NCBI GenBank assembly: GCA_964497315.1
Contig: CAZCCH010000007.1
Span: 4,503 to 68,502, forward strand
Direction of reading: 5' to 3'
Length of the DNA: 64,000 bases
Origin: an uncultured Planctomycetia bacterium
GTDB lineage: Bacteria; Omnitrophota; Gorgyraeia; Taenaricolales; CAZCCH01
This document shows, in pieces, positions 38,099 through 48,163 of the stretch; positions within the stretch are counted from its first letter, which is position 1; each line of letters begins with the position of its first letter. The notes under the pieces were generated by a model that did not search any database, was not told the DNA's origin, and was given only the letters and a program-made list of their open reading frames with translations. The position numbers and the translations under genes were made by a program.

Positions 38099-38911
38099 AT
38101 GAAATTTGCTATTAGAGATGACGATATAAATTATTTTACAAGGCCTGCGGATTTGGAAAAGATTTATAGCACTATTTGGGATAAATGTCCGGTTTGCTTA
38201 GCAACGATTCCCTTTGTTTCTTCTGAAGCAGATGTTCCGATACCGCCTGAATACAGAAATACAAATCAGGTTTTTCCCTTGGGTGATAATGAGCGATTGG
38301 TGCAGTTTTTGAAAAACAAGATTAAGGAGAAAAAAATATCAATTATGCTCCACGGCTATCATCATGAAAAGTATGCCGGAGGCTATGAATTTATAGCTGG
38401 AAAAGATCTTTGCGCAAAGATAGCCAGGGGAAAAAGCCATCTGGAAGAATTGTTTGATATTAAAATAAATACATTCGTTGCCCCGCATACCAGTTTGTCT
38501 AAAGAAGGGCTGGATGCTGTCATCGGGAATGGTTTAAGTTTATTGGGTCCGGGATCCTTATTGCGTCCAAGCAGGCGTTCTTTTCATATCCAAAACATTA
38601 CCCCGTTTGTAAAGTGTAAATGGTATAAATTGCGATATAAAATGAATTACCCTTATGTAATAGATATATCGGGGCATTTGGAATTATATTGCCATGGCCT
38701 TGTGCCGCATGTCAGCATAGATAGCCTTAAAAAAGAATTTGATTTTTGCTATAAGAAAAAGGGTATTTTTTGTTTGAATACCCACTATTGGGAATTTTTT
38801 AAAGATAATAACATGCGGAAGGTCTTTAATGAGCTTTGGCAATATATAGATGGATTCGACAGCTTGAAATTCACGAGTGTAGACAATATTTTTTTATCTT
38901 TTAACAAATAG
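38099..38911 (+). CDS. DUF2334/NodB-like polysaccharide deacetylase
   Basis: 'FAIRDDD', 'LHGYHH', 'FVAPH'. Confidence 0.75.
   Translation: MKFAIRDDDINYFTRPADLEKIYSTIWDKCPVCLATIPFVSSEADVPIPPEYRNTNQVFPLGDNERLVQFLKNKIKEKKISIMLHGYHHEKYAGGYEFIAGKDLCAKIARGKSHLEELFDIKINTFVAPHTSLSKEGLDAVIGNGLSLLGPGSLLRPSRRSFHIQNITPFVKCKWYKLRYKMNYPYVIDISGHLELYCHGLVPHVSIDSLKKEFDFCYKKKGIFCLNTHYWEFFKDNNMRKVFNELWQYIDGFDSLKFTSVDNIFLSFNK
38864..38898 (+). repeat. 35-nt direct repeat (3' end of deacetylase gene), second copy at 40075-40109
   Basis: ttgaaattca(c/t)gagtgtagacaatatttttttatc, 1 mismatch. Confidence 0.9.
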
Positions 38912-38938
38912 GATGATTCACATTTATAAGCCAAAGAG

Positions 38939-40063
38939 ATGAGTAAGATGAGAATCAAATTTATAAATCGCAATATGGGGATGATTAGAGGTGGAGGAGA
39001 AACCTTTAATTTAGAAATAGCCAGGGCGTTGCAGGAACTGGGTTGTGAAATAAGTTTCATTATTGGCAGTCCGGTATTTGGAAGGATAAAATATCCCGTT
39101 ACTGAGTTTAGAACCGATTATTGCAGGTCACCTTATTTAAGAAATATTGCCATGAGATTGATTAGAGGCGCTGGAAAGTTAGCCTCTATTGATGCCGCGG
39201 TTTTTGAGAATGCAGCATACAGACTTTTAAGTAAGATGAAAGACTATGATATTATTCAGCTTTGCGGCTGCCCTAACTTGGGCGCAAGAATAGCTAGAGA
39301 TTTAAGAAAGAAAATTGTGCTGTTTATGCCCGGTCCGTCAACTTCTGAGCGTGATGCAGACATAAGGTCATGTAATGTTATCATATCTCACGGAGATGCA
39401 CTGACGCAATTGCGGAATAGGCTGAAAGACAAAAAAGAAATTTTTGAAATCCTTCCTGAAATAAACAGAGAGTTTTTTAAATCAACAGAGACTAATATCA
39501 GAAGAAAATATCAAATTAATGATGACAAATTATTGCTATTCGTTGGCAGGTTTGTGCCTTACAAAAACCTTATATTCTTAATTAGAGTTTTTAAAGAGAC
39601 GCTCAAAGAACATCCGGGAATAAGATTGATGTTGGTTGGAGAAGGTCCTTTTGAAAAAAGGATAAAGAAGGAAGTTAAGAAGCTCAATCTTGCCAAAAAT
39701 GTAGTTTTTACCGGCAATATTCCCCATAATTCCATAGCGCAATATTATTGGTCGGCGGATGCCTTAGTTTTGCCAAGTTCTTATGAATCATTTCCACTTG
39801 TTGTTATTGAGGCTATGGCCTGTGGTTTGCCCGTAGTGGCTGCAAAGGTCGGAGGGATACCTCTCATTGTGGAACATGGCAAAAATGGATTTCTTGCGAA
39901 TAACAATGACGTAGAGGGATTTAAAAATGCAATCATTGCTTTAATAAGCAACAAAAAATTATGCGGGGAAATGGGCAGGAGAAACAGAGAAGAAGTCTTA
40001 GTTAAATACGACTGGATGGAAAGTGCCAGGAAATTAAAAAAAATATACGAGACGCTTATATAA
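38939..40063 (+). CDS. GT4 glycosyltransferase (paralog of 42047-43174)
   Basis: 'GGGETF', 'FVGRFVPYKN', EX7E 'ESFPLVVIEAMACG'. Confidence 0.9.
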   Translation: MSKMRIKFINRNMGMIRGGGETFNLEIARALQELGCEISFIIGSPVFGRIKYPVTEFRTDYCRSPYLRNIAMRLIRGAGKLASIDAAVFENAAYRLLSKMKDYDIIQLCGCPNLGARIARDLRKKIVLFMPGPSTSERDADIRSCNVIISHGDALTQLRNRLKDKKEIFEILPEINREFFKSTETNIRRKYQINDDKLLLFVGRFVPYKNLIFLIRVFKETLKEHPGIRLMLVGEGPFEKRIKKEVKKLNLAKNVVFTGNIPHNSIAQYYWSADALVLPSSYESFPLVVIEAMACGLPVVAAKVGGIPLIVEHGKNGFLANNNDVEGFKNAIIALISNKKLCGEMGRRNREEVLVKYDWMESARKLKKIYETLI

Positions 40064-40073
40064 AATGAATCAT
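39959..40073 (+). repeat. 115-nt direct repeat, second copy at 43070-43184
   Basis: GT4 3' end, stop codon and first flippase codons (atgaa(t/c)cat); about 6 mismatches by hand count. Confidence 0.9.
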
Positions 40074-40121
40074 ATTGAAATTCATGAGTGTAGACAATAT
40101 TTTTTTATCATGGAGAAATAA

Positions 40122-40973
40122 GTGACCTGGTTTTCGCACTTAGTATGCCCGTATTGCAGAAAGGGTTTGGATAGGCAGAGTCGGGCTTTGACCTGTACGT
40201 CTTGTGGACGTCTTTATTCGTTGATAGATGGTATACCAATCTTTGCTGATGAGCAGGATTGTAAGCGCTGGGATTTTCGGCAAGTAACTGTAGACACCCC
40301 TCTTTTATTATCCCCTAATAGAGCGAATTATAGAGAGGATGTATTAAAGAATAAGCACACTTATCTGTCCGCTCCGATTAGGGAGCATACTGGCTATATG
40401 CATTATGCAGAATCTTGGAATAGAATTTTGGATTTAGGTTGCGGAGATGGCATTTATTCAGCGCCCTTATCTGAAACGAGCGAAGAAATTTATTGCGTGG
40501 ATGCATCTTTATTAGCTTTAAAAAGACTCAAGAAACGAAATAAAAGAAATATGTTCCCTGTAAATGCCTCCGGATTCAAACTGCCTTTTAAAAATAATTT
40601 TTTTGATGGTGTTTTTTATATTTATGTGATAGAGCATATTGACAGGCCATTGGAAATGTTAGATGAAATTCATCGGGTATTAAAACCTGAAGGTACCCTT
40701 TTGATAGTTACGGATTCAAAGCATTTTTATCAGTGTATCAGGATAATGATAGAATTTTTCAAGTATAGGAGATTTAGGCCAAACGATCCAACCCATATCA
40801 ACTTAATGACGCCTCGTGAGATGAGAGAAATTATCAATAAAAGTAAATTCATTAGCAAGAAGGAAGAATTGCATTATTATCTGCGACAAAGCAGATATAA
40901 ATATGTACCTAAAATCTTGGCCGAACTTTTTTTAACCAGTAGCATGGTTCATACTTGTAAACCAGATAAATAA
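40122..40973 (+). CDS. SAM methyltransferase with N-terminal Trm112-like Zn ribbon
   Basis: 'LVCPYCR..LTCTSCG..IDGIP'; ILDLGCGDG; 'HRVLKPEG'. Confidence 0.85.
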   Translation: MTWFSHLVCPYCRKGLDRQSRALTCTSCGRLYSLIDGIPIFADEQDCKRWDFRQVTVDTPLLLSPNRANYREDVLKNKHTYLSAPIREHTGYMHYAESWNRILDLGCGDGIYSAPLSETSEEIYCVDASLLALKRLKKRNKRNMFPVNASGFKLPFKNNFFDGVFYIYVIEHIDRPLEMLDEIHRVLKPEGTLLIVTDSKHFYQCIRIMIEFFKYRRFRPNDPTHINLMTPREMREIINKSKFISKKEELHYYLRQSRYKYVPKILAELFLTSSMVHTCKPDK

Positions 40974-42062
40974 ATGATGAATAAATTATCGAGTTTCTTT
41001 ATCGTGCTTAAAAAAGGTTTGCTTTTCTGGATGGCCAAAAAGAATAGAGTTTTTTGTAAAGCGCTAAATCCAAAGCCAAACAGTGCAAGTTTCAGGATAA
41101 CGGAACGCTGTAATTTACGGTGCATAATGTGCGGAATTTGGAAGAAACAAACTGGCGATGAGCTGACCACTGAACAGGCAAAGATTATTATAAAACAGAT
41201 TGCGGATATAGGCGTTAGGCAGTTAAGTTTTACTGGCGGAGAGCCGTTTACAAGGCCGGATATATACGATTTAGTCCTGTATTCAAAAAATATGGGGCTT
41301 GAAGTTGGGCTTGGCACTAATGGCCTGTTAATCAACGAGGATAATGCCACAAGGCTTTTGGAATGCGGCTTGAATACAATCGCGATATCGATCGATGGCC
41401 AAAAGATAAACCATGATTATATAAGAGGGGAAGGTTCTTTTGAAAAATCCTTAGCCAGTTTAAAATTATTAAGTACCCTGCGCAACAAATATAGTTTTAA
41501 TTTAAAAGCTTCATTTACAATAATGCAAAGAAATCTAGATGATATCTTGCCTTGCGTGCATTTATTAACCGCTATTAAAAATGTAACCGTGCATTTCAAT
41601 CTCCTGGATTTCACTCCTTATCATTTTAGGCACAGCAAAAATGAGGATTTGATTCTTAATGATTTCAAAAAGTTAGATAACATTTTAGATAACTTGTTGA
41701 TTTTAAAAATGCAAAAACATTTTTTACTTGATATTAATCGCACTTTTATAGACTTCGCAAAAAGATATTTCAGAGATCATAGACAGCAAAAAATTCCATG
41801 TTGCTTGGGATATCTGCGGCTTCATATTGACAGTTCCGGTCAGCTGTTGCCCTGCTGGGCTATGCCGCCAGTGGCTGATTTGAAAACAAAATCATTGAAA
41901 AAAGTATTAAGGGGCAGGTTTTACAAAGATTATTTATTTCAAATGCTTAACAAAAAATGCCCGGGGTGTTCATGCGCAACTGTCAATAATGCAGCACACT
42001 ATTTACCCGGGGTGTTTGAAAGAAATATGAGGCTATTATTCAAAACATGGAAAAGCCGTTAA
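40974..42062 (+). CDS. Radical SAM protein with SPASM/Twitch-like C-terminus
   Basis: CNLRCIMC, TGGEP, 'CCLG..G.LLPC..CPGC'. Confidence 0.9.
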   Translation: MMNKLSSFFIVLKKGLLFWMAKKNRVFCKALNPKPNSASFRITERCNLRCIMCGIWKKQTGDELTTEQAKIIIKQIADIGVRQLSFTGGEPFTRPDIYDLVLYSKNMGLEVGLGTNGLLINEDNATRLLECGLNTIAISIDGQKINHDYIRGEGSFEKSLASLKLLSTLRNKYSFNLKASFTIMQRNLDDILPCVHLLTAIKNVTVHFNLLDFTPYHFRHSKNEDLILNDFKKLDNILDNLLILKMQKHFLLDINRTFIDFAKRYFRDHRQQKIPCCLGYLRLHIDSSGQLLPCWAMPPVADLKTKSLKKVLRGRFYKDYLFQMLNKKCPGCSCATVNNAAHYLPGVFERNMRLLFKTWKSR

Positions 42063-43174
42063 GGATAAAATTTATAAGTCGCAGGATGGGAGCGGCCAGA
42101 GGTGGCGGGGAAACTTTTGATTTAGAGATTGCAAAGAGGCTTAGGCATTTGGGTTGCGAAGTGAATTTTATTACCGCTAGGCACTTTTTTGGAAACATAA
42201 AACATAAAGTTGAAGGTTTTGAAACGACCTATTGCAGAATACCGTATCTTGTAGACCTGGCTATGGCTATTCCTAAAGGTAGCAGTATACTAATGTTTTT
42301 AGATAACTGGCTTTTCGAGTCACAAGTGTTGAGATTATTAAAGAGGAAGAATGAATATGATATAGCTCAGATTTGCTCTTGTCCCAATTTAGGCTATAGA
42401 ACGGTAAGGGAACTAAACAAACCTGCTGTTGTAAGAATGCCGGGGCCAGGATCATTAAAGCTCAATTACAAGCTTAGAGGGTGCAATGCTACTGTAGCCA
42501 GCGGAGATGCGTTTAAAAAGTTAAGAGAAGTTCTTGGGAAAAATGCCCATTATATTTCTAATGGTATAGATGGAGATCTTTTTAAAAGAGTAAAAAGCAA
42601 TAATTTGCGATTAACTTACGGAATTAAAAAAAATGAAAAGATATTGCTATTTGTAGGTAGATTTGTTCCGTATAAGAATCTCCCGTTTCTAATATCTGTC
42701 TTTAGAGAAACGTTAAAAGAAGATTGCAGAATCAAATTGGTACTAATAGGTGAAGGAGCCTTATTTGCTAAGATCAAAAAGTTAACTCGAATTTACAAAA
42801 TTGCCGACAGAGTTATTTTTACAGGTCATATACAACGTGCCGCTCTTGCACAGCATTATTCATTGGCAGATTTGTTTATTTTAGGTTCAAGTTATGAGAG
42901 TTTTCCAAATGCAGTTTTAGAAGCAATGGCCTGTGAATTACCCGTAGTTGCGACGAGAGTTGGAGGAGTCCCCATTATTGTCAAACACGAAAAGAATGGC
43001 CTGCTTGTTAAAAATAATGATGTCGGAGGATTTAAAAACGCTATCTTTACTTTTTTGAACGACAAAGGCTTATGCGGGAAAATGGGCAGGAGAAATAGAG
43101 AAGAAGTCTTAGTTAAATACGACTGGATGGAAAGTGCCAGGAAATTAAAGGAAATATACGAGGCGCTTATATAA
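42047..43174 (+). CDS. GT4 glycosyltransferase
   Basis: 'GGGETF', 'ESFPNAVLEAMAC'. Confidence 0.9.
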   Translation: MEKPLRIKFISRRMGAARGGGETFDLEIAKRLRHLGCEVNFITARHFFGNIKHKVEGFETTYCRIPYLVDLAMAIPKGSSILMFLDNWLFESQVLRLLKRKNEYDIAQICSCPNLGYRTVRELNKPAVVRMPGPGSLKLNYKLRGCNATVASGDAFKKLREVLGKNAHYISNGIDGDLFKRVKSNNLRLTYGIKKNEKILLFVGRFVPYKNLPFLISVFRETLKEDCRIKLVLIGEGALFAKIKKLTRIYKIADRVIFTGHIQRAALAQHYSLADLFILGSSYESFPNAVLEAMACELPVVATRVGGVPIIVKHEKNGLLVKNNDVGGFKNAIFTFLNDKGLCGKMGRRNREEVLVKYDWMESARKLKEIYEALI

Positions 43175-43175
43175 A

Positions 43176-44696
43176 ATGAACCATGCAAACCAGGTGATAA
43201 GAAGAGGCGGCGGGTTGTTTGGTGCGCGCTTTCTGGTAGCTGTTTTTTCTATTGCATTTGCCGGTATATTCGCCCGCTTATTAACCAAAGAAGAGATGGC
43301 GGCGTTTGTTGTGTTGTTGCTATTGACCAGTTTAACAAGCGCCTTCAAGGAATTAGGCCTATCTACCTCGGCAATAAAATTGGTGCCGGAATTAATAAGC
43401 AGCGATAAAAAAAGTGAAGCGCTAAGCGTTATTAGAACAACGTTCATTGCTCAAGTTTTTGCTGCTGCAGCGCTGGCAACGGCCATTTATATTTTTTCTA
43501 ACCGAATATCAGAATTGTTTTTAAAGACCGGCGAATTTGCGTATTTAATAAAAATTTCCGCCGGTATTGTATTGCTTGATTGTATTTCCGGAAGCCTGGG
43601 AGCGCTATTGCGAGCCGTACAAAAATTCAGAGCCGTTAGCATTATCACGGTTGTTATGGATTTGTCTCAGAGGCTATTGGCGCTGTGCCTGTTTTTGCTT
43701 TTAGGAATAAAAGGTTTCTTTGCCGGTTTTTGCTTCGGTAGCTTTTTACGCCTATTTCTGTCGGTTTATTTTATGCGGAAATATCTATTTGTAAGCTGTT
43801 CCTGGCATCCTTTCTGGAAATTTGCCAGGTTTTCTTTGCCCTATTATGGAGGGAGTATCTGCAGGGTTCTATTGATGCGCCTGGACCAGTTAGCAATAGG
43901 TTTGTTTCTTGCTCCGAGCAGCCTGGCGTTATATTTTGTGTCCAGAAAATTGGTATCTTTTGTTGGAATGGGAATAGAAGCCTTTTTTGAGCCCATTATT
44001 CCGAAAATAGCAGAACTTAAAGCAAGCGGTATTAAAAAAATCGAAGGTGCCTTTAATAAAAACTCAAGATACCTTTCATTTGTGCTCCTGCCGTTAGTTT
44101 TTCTTATAGCCTCTCTGTCTCGCTTTCTTATTCGACTGATAGGCGGGTTAAAATATGCAGATGGAGGTGCGCTGGTGGCTATTTTATGTTTTGCTGTATT
44201 AACGTATGGTTACTTTTCGTTGTACCTTATCTATGTATACGTTATTGGAAAGCCGATTTTCAGGTTAAAGTTGGAACTTTTTGCAACAATTGGTTATTTA
44301 ATACTATGCGGGATTTTGATATATACGTTTAAAGAAATAGGCGTGGCTATAGCGAAATTTGTTACTTTTGGATTAGCTGCTCTATATGCAGGCACCTTGC
44401 TTAAGAAGCAATGCAGGGCGGTGTTTGACAAAGAGGCATTGCGGAATACACTGTTTGCTTCTTTTATTATGTTTTTGGTGTTGGTTGGATTGCAGCTAAT
44501 GTGCTATCGGTTATTTCTTATTCCGATTTATATCTTAATAGGCATTACTGTCTTTATGTTTCCATTCTGTCGAAACTTGAAGAAAAAAGACATTCAATTG
44601 GCAGAACAGCTATTACCAAGAAACTTTTTTTGGATAATTAAAGTTTTTTTCTTTTTTGGAGGCAGTAAACTAAAAGTGGAAATGGCATCGGCATGA
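43176..44696 (+). CDS. wzx: Wzx/MOP-family oligosaccharide flippase
   Basis: About 13-14 TMs; 'ARLLTKEE', 'RLDQLAIGLFL'; EPS context. Confidence 0.85.
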   Translation: MNHANQVIRRGGGLFGARFLVAVFSIAFAGIFARLLTKEEMAAFVVLLLLTSLTSAFKELGLSTSAIKLVPELISSDKKSEALSVIRTTFIAQVFAAAALATAIYIFSNRISELFLKTGEFAYLIKISAGIVLLDCISGSLGALLRAVQKFRAVSIITVVMDLSQRLLALCLFLLLGIKGFFAGFCFGSFLRLFLSVYFMRKYLFVSCSWHPFWKFARFSLPYYGGSICRVLLMRLDQLAIGLFLAPSSLALYFVSRKLVSFVGMGIEAFFEPIIPKIAELKASGIKKIEGAFNKNSRYLSFVLLPLVFLIASLSRFLIRLIGGLKYADGGALVAILCFAVLTYGYFSLYLIYVYVIGKPIFRLKLELFATIGYLILCGILIYTFKEIGVAIAKFVTFGLAALYAGTLLKKQCRAVFDKEALRNTLFASFIMFLVLVGLQLMCYRLFLIPIYILIGITVFMFPFCRNLKKKDIQLAEQLLPRNFFWIIKVFFFFGGSKLKVEMASA

Positions 44697-44709
44697 TGGA
44701 GCAAATGCT

Positions 44710-45843
44710 ATGAGGGATTCAGGAGCTACTAAGGTATTGATGGTTGTGGGTACTTTGAACTTAGGTGGATTAGAAATACTTGTAGCCGATTTAGCAAAAA
44801 TTCTTAAAAGAAGATTCAGCTTCCACATCTTATGCATAACCGCGAGAGGAAAATTGTCCAGCCAGTTAGAAGAAGCGGGTATACCGGTTACCTTGATTGA
44901 ATACAAACGGCCTAACATCGCAGCCTTTGCGTTTAAGTTATTCAAATTTTTTAAAAATGAAAATTTCCATGTAGTACATGTCCACTTTCATATTACATCT
45001 CTCTGGGTTATTATCGCCGCTAGATTAGCCGCAGTGCCTGCAGTGGTTACTCACATACACAATACCTATTTTCACAGAGGTTTTCAGGCGTTTAAGGTTC
45101 GAACATATGAAAAGGTTATTTCGTTTTTAGCCGATAAAGAAATAGCTGTTTCAAATGCTGTAAAAGATTTTGTAATAAGGAATTATAAAAAAAAATTCCA
45201 CAAAATACAGGTTATTTACAATGGGATTGATTTGAAAAATTTTTCTGGTAAAGATACATCAGGCATTGAAAGGCAGGAAATTCAGATAGAAGATGGGGCA
45301 CGAATTATCGGTACGGTAGCCAGCCTTACTTTCCAGAAAGGGCACGAATATCTGTTAAGGGCTATGCCTATCATTTTAGAAAGCTGTCCAAAATGCCGGC
45401 TTTTATTAATTGGCAAAGGGTCTTTGGAGCAAACCCTTAAACAGTTAACTAAAGAGCTTGGATTAGAGAAAAAAGTTACTTTTCTTGGCGTAAAAGAAAA
45501 TATTTCTTTGTGGCTAAAAACTATAGATATCTTTGTTTTGCCTTCATTGTGGGAAGGATTGCCTATAGCGTTAATTGAGGCCATGGCTTGTGTTAAGCCG
45601 ATAGTGGCTACTAATGTTGGAGGTATTCCAGAAGTAGTTGAGGATGGCAAAACAGGTATTTTGGTGCCGCCTGGAAATTCGGTCGCTTTAGCCAATGCAA
45701 TACTTTCAATTCTGATTGACAGCAAAAAATCTGATCAGATGGGACAAGCTGGGAAGGCAAGGGCGAATAAACATTTTAGCATAGAAAAAACAGCTTTTCA
45801 AATTGAAAGGCTTTATGCTGAACTGCTTAAAAAGAAATGTTAA
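44710..45843 (+). CDS. GT4 glycosyltransferase
   Basis: 'GGLE', 'QKGH', 'PSLWEGLPIALIEAMA'. Confidence 0.9.
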   Translation: MRDSGATKVLMVVGTLNLGGLEILVADLAKILKRRFSFHILCITARGKLSSQLEEAGIPVTLIEYKRPNIAAFAFKLFKFFKNENFHVVHVHFHITSLWVIIAARLAAVPAVVTHIHNTYFHRGFQAFKVRTYEKVISFLADKEIAVSNAVKDFVIRNYKKKFHKIQVIYNGIDLKNFSGKDTSGIERQEIQIEDGARIIGTVASLTFQKGHEYLLRAMPIILESCPKCRLLLIGKGSLEQTLKQLTKELGLEKKVTFLGVKENISLWLKTIDIFVLPSLWEGLPIALIEAMACVKPIVATNVGGIPEVVEDGKTGILVPPGNSVALANAILSILIDSKKSDQMGQAGKARANKHFSIEKTAFQIERLYAELLKKKC

Positions 45844-47021
45844 AAGACAAAACATTAGCTATATTTTCCCTGCGGACATTTTTAAAGACACGAGATGGAT
45901 ATCTGTCTTCAAGCCCCATGGGGGAGTATTTGGAGAAATATTGTTCTTATTTCAAGGAAGTCCTATTATATGCCCCTGTGGTAAATAAAGATATTTTTGG
46001 AAAATACGATTTTAAATTCAGCAAGCCAAATCTGACTTTTCGTTGCATTCAGCAATGTCCTGTTTCAGGGCCGCACAAGATAGCGAAGTATGCCAAGTTT
46101 ACTTTTTTTATTATCAGGGATATTAGGCGCTGGGATGTAGGATTGATTTTCTTCCCCGGTTTTTTGGGCCTCCTGGCTTTTGTTCTGTCGAAGGTCTTTT
46201 CAAAGAAAACGGTGCTATACATAGCAGGGGATTGGGGAGAAAGCATCAGGGCAGAATCGCTGCAAACAAAAAAGGTGCCGGCATTACTGAAGGAGCTTTT
46301 AGCAAATTTTTATTTTATTATTTCTAAATTTGTGGTGAAATGTTCTCATGTGACCCTGGTTGCCGGGATGGCGCTATATGAGCGATATTGGGCTGAAGGA
46401 AAACTAATCGCTAGGCGTTTTCCAATAATGAAAATAACGCCAGAGAATTTTTATTATCGGCAAGATAGCTGTCTTGAAAAAGAAATAGCGCTGCTTTACG
46501 TGGGCCCTATTATTGCCAGAAAAGGAATAAGGTATTTGTTGGAAGCAGTGAGCGCGTTGCGAAAAGAAAGGATAGCGGTTAACTTAGAGCTTGTCGGCCA
46601 GGGAGTCGACAACGATTATTTTAAAAAATATGTTCAAGATTTGGAAATTTCAAAATATTGCCGGTTTGTCAATTATATTTCAAATGGCGAGAAGCTTTTT
46701 AACGTATATCGAAAGTCCGATGTATTTATCTTGCCTACTTTGACAGAAGGAGAACCAAGAGTTTTATATGAAGCAATGAGCCAGGGGTTGCCGATTATAT
46801 GCACGGCTATTGGAGGGATACCAGGTTTGGTAAAAAATCAGGAGAATGGATTATTATTGCCTCCGCGGTCGGCAATTTCAATATCAACAGCCATCAAGCG
46901 GATTATTAGCGGCAAGGCTCTAAGGATGAAGATAATAGCAAACAACTACAAGGTAGTTAGTGAGGCTTGCGATAAAGATCCGGTTTTACAGGTCGTTGAG
47001 CTCATACAAAAACACCTGTAA
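45837..47021 (+). CDS. GT4 glycosyltransferase
   Basis: 'RKGIRYLLEA', 'TEGEPRVLYEAMS'. Confidence 0.9.
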   Translation: MLKDKTLAIFSLRTFLKTRDGYLSSSPMGEYLEKYCSYFKEVLLYAPVVNKDIFGKYDFKFSKPNLTFRCIQQCPVSGPHKIAKYAKFTFFIIRDIRRWDVGLIFFPGFLGLLAFVLSKVFSKKTVLYIAGDWGESIRAESLQTKKVPALLKELLANFYFIISKFVVKCSHVTLVAGMALYERYWAEGKLIARRFPIMKITPENFYYRQDSCLEKEIALLYVGPIIARKGIRYLLEAVSALRKERIAVNLELVGQGVDNDYFKKYVQDLEISKYCRFVNYISNGEKLFNVYRKSDVFILPTLTEGEPRVLYEAMSQGLPIICTAIGGIPGLVKNQENGLLLPPRSAISISTAIKRIISGKALRMKIIANNYKVVSEACDKDPVLQVVELIQKHL

Positions 47022-47055
47022 AAATCCGCGTTAATGAAGAAATAAGGAGGCGCTA

Positions 47056-48147
47056 ATGTTTTTGAATTTGCATGATTTGTTAACTTTAAAAATTGTAAAT
47101 TGCCCTGAAGCATTTAAAAAATTTATTTGTGATAATTTTCAATTTCAGATTTATGAAAACTCGGGACAAAAAGGGCCTTCATTGGAGTTTGTTGACAAAC
47201 TGCCGGTCCAGAAACCTGTTTATTGCCTAACCGCAGACACTGGTTACTACGCAGACAACTTTTTCATTATTGACTATAATAACAATAAGCTTGTAGTCCC
47301 CTTTGATTTGGATATTTGTAACTGGTGTTTGAAGTGCGAGAAGGATTTTGACCCGTTACGGCTTTATAATTTAATTGATGCCCTTGTTTTTCAATTTACT
47401 TTGTTTGAATGCAACTGCGCCTTTGTTCATGCCTCCTCGTGCGTAGTTAAGGGAAAGGGGGTGGCCATAAGCGGATGGAAAAAAACCGGTAAGACAGCTA
47501 TTGTGCTAAAGTACTTGTTTCAGGGCGCACAATTTATTTCGGATGATCATTGCATTGTTTCAAAGCAGGGCGAGATGTTTTCTTATTTGAGGCCGACATA
47601 TATACCATATGCCGCCTTGGACGATTTCCCACAATTAAAAAGAAAGATTCCTTTTCGCCTTCAGGCTAAAATCCCTATCAAGAAAATATGGGATCAGGCC
47701 TATAGATGTATGCCCAGAGGCAAGACGGTGGCAACGAAAATGTCTGATGTATTCAACAATTTGGCGCAGTTGCACTCGAATATCCCTATAAATTTTAAAA
47801 CGCTGTTTCCAAATTCGCTTACAGCGACTAAATTTGATCTACAGCTGTTTTTCTATATCAAAAAGTGGAATGGAGAAGATATATATTGTCAGAAGGTTGA
47901 TAAGCGGGTGCTTTCCGGGCGCCTTGCCCATTCAAGCAGATATGAATACAGGAGTTTTTTTGATTATTATCAAATATATCGTACCGCATTTCCTGACAGG
48001 GATAATGTCATGTTCAGAGAGTATGAATCTCGAATTGCCAATATCAGTTACGAGGCGCTTAAAAAGGCAGATTGTTACGATGTGCATATTCCGGCAGACG
48101 GCAATATTATTGAAGTAGCGGATTATCTTTACGAGAAGTTTCTATAA
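47056..48147 (+). CDS. HprK/PEPCK-like P-loop protein
   Basis: 'VHASSCV..GVAISGWKKTGKT..FISDD'. Confidence 0.6.
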   Translation: MFLNLHDLLTLKIVNCPEAFKKFICDNFQFQIYENSGQKGPSLEFVDKLPVQKPVYCLTADTGYYADNFFIIDYNNNKLVVPFDLDICNWCLKCEKDFDPLRLYNLIDALVFQFTLFECNCAFVHASSCVVKGKGVAISGWKKTGKTAIVLKYLFQGAQFISDDHCIVSKQGEMFSYLRPTYIPYAALDDFPQLKRKIPFRLQAKIPIKKIWDQAYRCMPRGKTVATKMSDVFNNLAQLHSNIPINFKTLFPNSLTATKFDLQLFFYIKKWNGEDIYCQKVDKRVLSGRLAHSSRYEYRSFFDYYQIYRTAFPDRDNVMFREYESRIANISYEALKKADCYDVHIPADGNIIEVADYLYEKFL

Positions 48148-48163
48148 AAGAGGGAGCATCTAG

